DNA of 39,705 nt from a virus, in the IMG/VR virus record IMGVR_UViG_3300036546_000318, one strand, 5' to 3'. A program made the position numbers and the translations under genes. The first letter of the stretch is position 1. The number at the start of each line of letters is the position of its first letter. Under the pieces are notes generated by a model. That model was not told the origin of the DNA and searched no databases. It saw only the letters and a program-made list of their open reading frames with translations. Shown here in pieces: positions 18,142 to 24,411 of the stretch.

Positions 18142-18159
18142 GACCAGAGGAGAATACTG

Positions 18160-19230
18160 GTGCCGAAAACACATGGCGACCTTTGGAAACAGATCATCTC
18201 ATTCGACACGCTCTGCGGAGCCTTTAACCAGGCCCGCCTCGGAAAACGCTACACGCCTGAAGCACTACGGTTCGCCAGCCGACTTGAAGAAAATCTGATC
18301 AATATCCAGAACCACCTGATTTGGAAGACATGGTCTCCGGGTAAATGGAGGGAGTTCTGGGTTTACGACCCGAAGTGGAGACAGATTCAGGCGCCGCCCT
18401 TCTACGATCGCGTTGTCCACCATGCGCTTGTGAGCGTTGTTGAGCCTCTTTTTGAGCGCAAGTTTATTCACGACTCGTATGCCTGTCGGCGCGGTAAGGG
18501 CACTCACGCCGCCGTGTACCGCCTTCAGTCTTTCTTGCGACGCACGCGGCGGCACTGGCCGCGGGTTTACGTCGTCAAGGCCGACATCTCGAAATACTTT
18601 CCATCCATAAATCACTCCAGACTGGAGCAACAGCTCGGCAGAACCCTGCGCGACCAGGACGCCTTATGGCTGTGTAGCAAAATCATACGCGAAAACGGAT
18701 ATGAAAGGCGGGGCATTCCTGTGGGCGCCCTTACTTCGCAGCTTTTTGCCAACATTTACCTGAACGAGCTGGACCACTTCGTGAAGGATGAACTTGGAGT
18801 AAAGCACTATGTCCGGTACATGGATGACTTTGTTTTTCTTGGCCCGGACAAGGCCCGCTTGCGGCGGCTACTTTCCGTCATCGAGGAAAAGCTCGTCATG
18901 GATTTGCGGCTTGCCTTGAACCCAAAGACCTGCATTTTCCCCGCATCAAGAGGTGTGGACTTTGCCGGGTATCGCACTTGGGCCACCCACATAAAGCCTC
19001 GAAAAAAGAACGTCACAAGAATGCGCAAGCGGCTCACGCGCATGGCTGATCTTTACGCCCAGGGCCGCGCATCCCTTGAGGATGTCCGCGCAAGGGTGAT
19101 GTCGTTTATTGGATACATGAAACACTGCTCTGGCCACGTGACGACCCAAAGAGTTCTTCAGGAGATCGTTTTGACCAGGGAGAACAAGGCGCAGGAACAA
19201 GAGCCTGCGCCAAGGAGGTGGAAGTTATGA
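18160..19230 (+). CDS. DGR reverse transcriptase
   Basis: GTG start after RBS gaggag. Motifs: ADISKYFPSINH, IPVGALTSQLFANIYL (DGR-type SQ motif) and YVRYMDDFVFLG (YxDD). It is adjacent to avd and TR. Confidence 0.9.
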   Translation: MPKTHGDLWKQIISFDTLCGAFNQARLGKRYTPEALRFASRLEENLINIQNHLIWKTWSPGKWREFWVYDPKWRQIQAPPFYDRVVHHALVSVVEPLFERKFIHDSYACRRGKGTHAAVYRLQSFLRRTRRHWPRVYVVKADISKYFPSINHSRLEQQLGRTLRDQDALWLCSKIIRENGYERRGIPVGALTSQLFANIYLNELDHFVKDELGVKHYVRYMDDFVFLGPDKARLRRLLSVIEEKLVMDLRLALNPKTCIFPASRGVDFAGYRTWATHIKPRKKNVTRMRKRLTRMADLYAQGRASLEDVRARVMSFIGYMKHCSGHVTTQRVLQEIVLTRENKAQEQEPAPRRWKL

Positions 19231-20033
19231 ACAGTCCTCTTGCATGGCTTGGCGGGAAGTCTCGTCTAGCCAAGAAAATCGTCCCGATGTTGCCTCCTCA
19301 TGAACACTATGGAGAGCCGTTTGCCGGGGCCGGGTGGATATTCTTCCGCAAGGCCCCGTCTCGAGTCGAGTCTTTGAATGACATCAACTCGGATCTGGTG
19401 TCCTTTTATAGGGTGCTCCAGAACCACCTGGAAGAGTTTTGCCGGCAATTCCGTTGGCTGCTCTCTTCAAGGGAAATCTTTGAAGACTTCAACCGCCAGA
19501 GAGATGCCGGCGGGCTGACGGACATCCAAAGAGCTGCTCGGTTCTACTATGTTCAGCGGCAGGCTTTTGGGGGAAAGGTTTATGGCCAGTCGTTCGGGGT
19601 GGACCGGTCCAGTCCCCCGCGGATCAATCTCCTGCGCATCGAGGAGGAGCTGTCCGCAGTTCATCTCAGGCTTACCGGCGTCACTCTGGAAAACCTACCC
19701 TGGCACCGGTATCTCGAAAAATATGACGGGAAAGAGACGCTCTTCTACCTCGATCCTCCATACTATGGCTGTGAGTCCGATTACGGGAAAGATATATTCA
19801 CCAGGGGCGACTTTGACAGGCTTGCGGAGCGCCTTGCGAAGATCCAGGGCAAGTTCCTCCTCAGCCTGAACGACACCCCGGAGGTGAGAGATATCTTCGG
19901 AGGCTTTTTCGTTGAAGGAACCACTACCAGATACACGGTTAACGGAGCCAATCCGCGCACAGTTGGCGAGGTTCTAGTGATGAACTACAAGCCTTCTGCC
20001 GGACTACTGGATCTGATTGAGAACAAGAGCTAA
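19227..20033 (+). CDS. dam: DNA N6-adenine methyltransferase (Dam/D12 class)
   Basis: ATG at 19227 follows RBS aaggagg and overlaps the RT stop (ATGA). Motifs: PLAWLGGKS, EPFAGAG and FYLDPPYY. Confidence 0.85.
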   Translation: MNSPLAWLGGKSRLAKKIVPMLPPHEHYGEPFAGAGWIFFRKAPSRVESLNDINSDLVSFYRVLQNHLEEFCRQFRWLLSSREIFEDFNRQRDAGGLTDIQRAARFYYVQRQAFGGKVYGQSFGVDRSSPPRINLLRIEEELSAVHLRLTGVTLENLPWHRYLEKYDGKETLFYLDPPYYGCESDYGKDIFTRGDFDRLAERLAKIQGKFLLSLNDTPEVRDIFGGFFVEGTTTRYTVNGANPRTVGEVLVMNYKPSAGLLDLIENKS

Positions 20034-20043
20034 ACACAGGCCC

Positions 20044-20071
20044 AAAAGACTCCCCAGCACCAACGGGAGTC
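20044..20071 (-). terminator. Rho-independent terminator of the repressor gene (possibly bidirectional with dam)
   Basis: 7-bp stem gactccc/gggagtc (20048-20054 / 20065-20071) with a U4 tract on the minus strand (plus-strand aaaa at 20044-20047). It lies 18 nt past the repressor stop. Confidence 0.5.
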
Positions 20072-20088
20072 CTCGCTCTTGCCAAATA

Positions 20089-20979
20089 TCAAGAACCCAA
20101 GCCCTTGGCCCTGCGAGGCCCCTGATACTCATTCGTCTTCCTGCCCGAAGACGTGCCAACCTTCCTGGCCGGTCCCGCTTCTTCTGAGGCGGGGCCGCGC
20201 CGGGATTTTATCGCCTCGAGCATGGCCTGATGAACAAGCTCCTCCGGAGCGTTGGCTCTTTCGAACTCCCTTCGCACATCTTCCAGCTCTCGACCAAGCT
20301 CAGACTTGCCCGCCTCCTCGCCCTGAGATGGCCCCTGAGCGTCTTCTTTGTCTTTTCCGGGGAACACCCCGGCAAAGGCGGGCGAAATGCTCCCTGTCTC
20401 AAGTGAGGCAGTTTCTTTTGCCCACCTGCGCTGGGCAACCTCAGACAGAGGCCCGCCCTGTGAAAAAATATCTCCATCCACAGTAGGCTGCCCGATTTGC
20501 GCGAGAGCAAAGTTGGCGTTCAAGCCATAGCGGACTACCCACCGGGCCAAAGCCAGCGCCGGGGGCTGAAGACGTGCGCCAAGACAGGCGTCGAGACAGG
20601 CACGATTCATTCCACCTACTTTCGCGACTTCGTCCAGGTCGGCCTCAACCTCTCCTTCGAAAAAATCCCTCAGCGCATCCGCAGTGGCCACGAGATCCGA
20701 GTTGAACTCGGCGTCGGCTGGGTCGAAATAAGCATCCGGCCCCCTTGGCGCATACATTTCGCCTTCACCTGTCAGCAGCCAGCCAGGGTCAACGCCAAAA
20801 TTTAGTGAAAAAGCCGCGACGGTTTGCACGTTCGGCAGGGCAGCCCCCTCCAGATAGTTCCGGAGAGTCTGGGGCTTCTTGATACCGGCCTTTGCGGCCA
20901 TATCCTTGAGGGAGAGCCCTTGCTCATCTTTGATTGCGCAAAGCCGTTGCGCGAACTGTTCCTTGTTAAAAAAAGACAT
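20089..20979 (-). CDS. CI-like repressor (XRE-family HTH), without a recognisable S24/LexA-type peptidase domain
   Basis: N-terminal HTH: GLSLKDMAAKAGIKKPQTLRNYLEG..PNVQTVAAFSLNFGVDPGWLLTGEG. It is transcribed divergently from a Cro-like gene. The C-terminal half is low-complexity and coiled. Confidence 0.75.
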   Translation of the reverse strand: MSFFNKEQFAQRLCAIKDEQGLSLKDMAAKAGIKKPQTLRNYLEGAALPNVQTVAAFSLNFGVDPGWLLTGEGEMYAPRGPDAYFDPADAEFNSDLVATADALRDFFEGEVEADLDEVAKVGGMNRACLDACLGARLQPPALALARWVVRYGLNANFALAQIGQPTVDGDIFSQGGPLSEVAQRRWAKETASLETGSISPAFAGVFPGKDKEDAQGPSQGEEAGKSELGRELEDVRREFERANAPEELVHQAMLEAIKSRRGPASEEAGPARKVGTSSGRKTNEYQGPRRAKGLGS

Positions 20980-20992
20980 CGACTCCGTTTCC

Positions 20993-21008
20993 TAGTTGAC
21001 AGCAACTA
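20993..21008. promoter_or_regulatory. Candidate operator: perfect 16-bp palindrome TAGTTGacagCAACTA overlapping a TTGACA hexamer
   Basis: It lies in the 92-bp divergent intergenic region between the repressor (start 20979) and the cro-like gene (start 21072). TTGACA is at 20996-21001. Confidence 0.5.
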
Positions 21009-21071
21009 ACTTTTGGTCTACCAGTTAAGGCAACACATTTTTATAAACCTTTAACACAAGGAAATATCGTT

Positions 21072-21371
21072 ATGAAAACAAATCTTCCGCGTCAAGGCCG
21101 TATCGTCGGTTGGCTGAAGATGCAGGGCGCAACCCTGGGAGATTTGGCAGACCATCTGGGCGTGTCCGTTGGCCACACCAGCAAGATCTGCAACTCCGAA
21201 ACGGCCCCCACGTCCATCCGGGAAAAGATGGAGTCTTACAGGGCTCCCACTGGCGAGCGTATCCCAGTCGAGCTGCTGCCCGTCGGCAAAGACAGAAAGC
21301 GCGGGCCCGAGAAAGGCTGGCTTGACAGACTGAAGGCGCAGGCCGCGGCCGGCCAATCCATGAGCGCATAG
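21072..21371 (+). CDS. Cro-like HTH regulator
   Basis: 99 aa with HTH ATLGDLADHLGVSVGHTSKICN. It is the first gene of the rightward early operon, opposite the repressor. Confidence 0.6.
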   Translation: MKTNLPRQGRIVGWLKMQGATLGDLADHLGVSVGHTSKICNSETAPTSIREKMESYRAPTGERIPVELLPVGKDRKRGPEKGWLDRLKAQAAAGQSMSA

Positions 21372-21433
21372 TTTTCTCATGATTCGCTGATGCAATCTTT
21401 TTTCGAAACCTTCCACGATAAAAACGGAGAAAA

Positions 21434-21910
21434 ATGACCATGTCGATAGACCCGTCCACCCATCGGAGCCTTGTAGACCTCTTGTACGAGGTCGCCCACC
21501 GCGCTCCATCTGGAAAATCATTCACGCAGATCGCGGAGCTCATGAACAAGCCGTACTCGACTCTGGCCAGCGAGCTGAACGCCGGGATCGACACCCACAA
21601 GTTCGGGGCCGGGGATCTTCTTTTGCTTATGGAGCTTGCCGAGAGCGACGCCCCTGTCGACTTTCTGGCGCAAAAGCGTGGCGGCGTTTTTGTGAAGATG
21701 CCTCGCATCAAGGCCAAAGGGCCCATCGACCAGGCGTCCATTAAGGCTGTTAAGGAGTTTGGCGAACTCATGGCCGCGTATGGCCAGGCGCTTGAAGACG
21801 GAAAGCTCAAAAGCCACGAGCGCAAGGAAGTCCTCAAGGAAGGCTATGAAGCCATCGAAGCCGTGATGGCCCTGTTGCGCCACGTAGAAGATATGGAGAT
21901 CTCGGAATGA
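21434..21910 (+). CDS. CII-like regulatory protein (phage 186 CII/CP76 family-like)
   Basis: 158 aa. Motifs: SFTQIAELMNKPYSTLASELN....HKFGAGDLLLLMELAESDAPVDFLA and ALEDGKL...E. It follows cro. Confidence 0.45.
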   Translation: MTMSIDPSTHRSLVDLLYEVAHRAPSGKSFTQIAELMNKPYSTLASELNAGIDTHKFGAGDLLLLMELAESDAPVDFLAQKRGGVFVKMPRIKAKGPIDQASIKAVKEFGELMAAYGQALEDGKLKSHERKEVLKEGYEAIEAVMALLRHVEDMEISE

Positions 21911-22515
21911 GCTCGGCATGGATCCAGACACAGAGCGGCCAACAGTTCTTTCCTTTTGATCCCTTTCGCAACGAATACAGGATCGAGGACATAGCTCATG
22001 CGCTTGGGAATATATGTCGGTTCGCCGGGCACACCAAAGAGTTCTACAGTGTTGCCCAGCATTGCGTCTTGGTCTCGGAAAACGTCCTGCCGGAGTTCTC
22101 CAAGTGGGGGCTTCTCCATGATGCGGCCGAAGCGTACTTCGGGGACCTTCCGAGCCCAATCAAGTCCATCATGCCGGAATACCACGCCGTAGAACATCAA
22201 ACGGCAGCGCTTATTGCTGACGCGTTCGACATAACGCTCGACCCCGAGATGGAACTGGCAGTCAAGATGGTAGACAGGCTCGTTTTTTGGGGAGAGGTCG
22301 CGCAGCTGATGCAGCCTATTCACCCCGACCTCCGCCACCAGATGAAAGAGGTCGGCATCGGCGACCAGGGCCCGGACATCAAAATCACCCCCTTGCCCCC
22401 CGCCCAGGCCTCAGCGCTTTTCCTGAATCGGTTTCAGGAGCTCTGGCTCGACAAGAACAAGGAGAGCCGCGATGAAGACGCTCTTGGCTTTATGGAAAAC
22501 CAGAACCGAACTTGA
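21907..22515 (+). CDS. HD-domain phosphohydrolase (YfbR-like 5'-nucleotidase type)
   Basis: Motifs RIEDIAHALGNICRFAGH, SVAQHCV and LLHDAAEAYFGDLPSP. Confidence 0.7.
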   Translation: MSSAWIQTQSGQQFFPFDPFRNEYRIEDIAHALGNICRFAGHTKEFYSVAQHCVLVSENVLPEFSKWGLLHDAAEAYFGDLPSPIKSIMPEYHAVEHQTAALIADAFDITLDPEMELAVKMVDRLVFWGEVAQLMQPIHPDLRHQMKEVGIGDQGPDIKITPLPPAQASALFLNRFQELWLDKNKESRDEDALGFMENQNRT

Positions 22516-22690
22516 ACGGCTTTCTTGCCAGCCCGAGCTCCTGCCGAGCGAAAAGGCCGCGCTTCGCGGCGCGAGAGGGACTTTGAAGTTTATCGCCGAA
22601 CGGCTGGAAGAAAGGGAAGCCAGGGACAATGAACCAGACTGGAGAGAAGCCCAACTGCCGAACGGAGATCGAGAAGAACTTGCGAGGTGA
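22472..22690 (+). CDS. Hypothetical small protein
   Basis: 72 aa with RBS aaggagag upstream. It overlaps the 3' end of the HD gene in another frame. Confidence 0.4.
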   Translation: MKTLLALWKTRTELERLSCQPELLPSEKAALRGARGTLKFIAERLEEREARDNEPDWREAQLPNGDREELAR

Positions 22691-22692
22691 CC

Positions 22693-22842
22693 ATGTCGGC
22701 TACTTACGTGACCCTAGGCGCCCTGACCCTGTTTGCAGTGGGGCTGGCGGCAATTCGACTGATGAAAAGGCTCAAGGCCAAAAGACGCGAGACAGGGCTG
22801 TCTTTGGACTTTGAGAAGATGAAAGCAAACGAGCGAATATAG
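22693..22842 (+). CDS. Small single-pass membrane protein (49 aa; below the ORF-track cutoff)
   Basis: Hand translation gives MSATYVTLGALTLFAVGLAAIRLMKRLKAKRRETGLSLDFEKMKANERI. It fills the gap between neighbouring genes exactly. Confidence 0.4.
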   Translation: MSATYVTLGALTLFAVGLAAIRLMKRLKAKRRETGLSLDFEKMKANERI

Positions 22843-22852
22843 GAGCAAAAAC

Positions 22853-24064
22853 GTGAATACCAATGTTTCCGAAGCAATCAAGCTGGCCCTTGCTGAATTG
22901 GAGAAAGCCGAAGAAAAGCACCCCAACTGGCCATCCGATCCGATTCACGCGGCGGCAATAGTGGCCGAAGAGGCTGGAGAGCTGATCCAAGCGTCACTGG
23001 ACACCACCTATTCCGGCGGAAGCCAAGACAGGATGCGCGCCGAGGCATCTCAGGTGGCTGCTATGGGGCTTCGATTCCTTGCAAACCTCTCTACCCCAGG
23101 CCTTCGCGAACCTCACGTTGTCGGAGTTTCGTTCGACGGCGCAGGAACGTGGCAGCGCGTCGACGAAGACGGAAACAACAAGACCACCGAAACCGCATAC
23201 TTCAACAACCATCCGACCTACGCAGAGATTCAGGACACCACCATTGACGAGCAGGACATGGTCCAGATCCCCAAGTTCTACTACAAGGTCGAGCAGGCCC
23301 CCGCCGGCAGCGACCAGGCTGGCAAGAAGTGCTGGTGGATCTCCGATCAGCCCGCCGCAGGCTTTGAGCTGCATCCCGCATTCATGGACGGCGGAGTAGA
23401 GATCGACCGCTTTTACGTGGGCAAATACGAAGGCACCGATGACGCGGGAACCAAGGTCGGCTCCGCTGCCGGCGTTTCCCCCTTGGGCGGGCTTGATTTT
23501 TGCGAGACGAAAGAGCGCTGCGAAGCAAGAGGCGCAGGATGGGGGATGTGGGACATCTGGCAGCTTGGTGCCATCCAGATGCTGGCACTGATCGAGCTTG
23601 GCACGCCCGACGTCCAGTCTGTCGTCTCGAGAGGAAACGTGAACGGGTCGGGGCTACGGAAGACAGGGAGCACTGGAGCAGTCTGGCGCGGGATCCACGA
23701 GCTGTGGGGCAACTCTCTTCACATGGTGGACGGACTCGTTGCCAACCCTGAGAACCGGCTCTTTGTTCGTTCCTCTGAAAACCAGAAAGCATGGTTGGAT
23801 GTAGGCGCCGAAGCATGCGCAAGATCGGGATGGATAAGCGCATTCGAAAGCAAGGTTCCCGCCGCATTTGTCCCGAGCGAAACAGGGAGCGATGATGAAG
23901 TCGTGGGCGACTATTACTGGCCTGCATACAAGGGCGAGGAAAATATCTGCTACCACGGCGGCCACTGGAGCTACGGCTCGTACGCGGGCTTGTTCTACTT
24001 GGACTTGCACTACGTCGCTTCGTACTCGAACACGAACCTCGGCTGCCGCCTCGCCAAACGGTAA
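22853..24064 (+). CDS. DGR target 2: MazG-like (EExxE) N-terminal domain fused to an FGE/C-type-lectin-like domain ending in VR2
   Basis: GTG start 7 nt after aggag. Residues 1-95 (HPNWPSDPIHAAAIVAEEAGELIQA...EASQVAAMGLRFL) look like small phage MazG-type pyrophosphohydrolases. From codon 96 the gene is homologous to the fibre C-terminus, and its 3' end is VR2. Confidence 0.8.
   Translation: MNTNVSEAIKLALAELEKAEEKHPNWPSDPIHAAAIVAEEAGELIQASLDTTYSGGSQDRMRAEASQVAAMGLRFLANLSTPGLREPHVVGVSFDGAGTWQRVDEDGNNKTTETAYFNNHPTYAEIQDTTIDEQDMVQIPKFYYKVEQAPAGSDQAGKKCWWISDQPAAGFELHPAFMDGGVEIDRFYVGKYEGTDDAGTKVGSAAGVSPLGGLDFCETKERCEARGAGWGMWDIWQLGAIQMLALIELGTPDVQSVVSRGNVNGSGLRKTGSTGAVWRGIHELWGNSLHMVDGLVANPENRLFVRSSENQKAWLDVGAEACARSGWISAFESKVPAAFVPSETGSDDEVVGDYYWPAYKGEENICYHGGHWSYGSYAGLFYLDLHYVASYSNTNLGCRLAKR
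23138..23481 (+). repeat. Dispersed direct repeat, copy B (about 96.5% identical to 16206-16549)
   Basis: See copy A. Homology continues more weakly through to VR2. Confidence 0.9.
23957..24054 (+). repeat. DGR variable repeat VR2
   Basis: Gap-free alignment to TR shows 9 differences, all at TR adenines and all at the first base of a codon. Eight of them fall in AAC codons and the ninth is ATC to CTC. Confidence 0.9.
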
Positions 24065-24093
24065 ACTGAGCCCTGCAACCTGCATTCTGAACA

Positions 24094-24111
24094 GGATCGC
24101 GAAAGCGAGCC
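24094..24111 (+). promoter_or_regulatory. Hairpin downstream of VR2 (7-position stem with one mismatch, GAAA tetraloop)
   Basis: ggatcgc-gaaa-gcgagcc. The loop starts 37 nt after the stop codon. Confidence 0.65.
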
Positions 24112-24129
24112 TATTAGGAGGTTAAGAAA

Positions 24130-24411
24130 ATGAAACATGAAGCCGCCTCTTCGACAGTCGAGATAGTCAAGAACACCATCAAGGAGCTGTTTTCCGATGC
24201 TGCCGACCTGGCTCGTCTCGGGCACAAGGAGCTGCTCACGGGACGCGAGGTTGAACTGATCTACAGCTACCCGTCGTCAACCCAAGAAAAGGATCGGTGC
24301 GCAGGCATCGGGCCCTCGTACATCAAGAGGGGGAAGCGAGTCCTGTATCGTCGTCGGGATCTGGATCAGTATTTCGGCGCTTTGAGAGTGAAAACCAGAG
24401 ACCAGGTGTAA
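24130..24411 (+). CDS. xis: Excisionase-type HTH DNA-binding protein (AlpA/Xis family-like)
   Basis: Strong RBS aggagg. The pattern LLTGREVELIY......GIGPSYIKRGKRVLYRRRDLDQYF matches the excisionase HTH pattern, and the gene is adjacent to int. Confidence 0.65.
   Translation: MKHEAASSTVEIVKNTIKELFSDAADLARLGHKELLTGREVELIYSYPSSTQEKDRCAGIGPSYIKRGKRVLYRRRDLDQYFGALRVKTRDQV

Noticed and set aside
17885-18172. ORFs covering the TR (17922-18143 on +, 17885-18172 and 18015-18209 on -)
   Set aside because: The + ORF merely reads the template repeat in the VR frame (NLNLNNVASNSNTN). The region is better explained as the noncoding TR plus spacer RNA of the DGR.
18160-19230. RT as a retron or group II intron reverse transcriptase
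   Set aside because: No msr/msd-like inverted repeats and no intron RNA domains or maturase/endonuclease extensions are present. The TR/VR pairs with adenine-specific differences, plus Avd, identify it as a DGR RT.
20079-20486. Plus-strand ORFs opposite the repressor gene (20079-20486, 20497-20805)
   Set aside because: They lie antisense to a gene with a clear HTH domain. They are Pro/Arg-rich and have no RBS.
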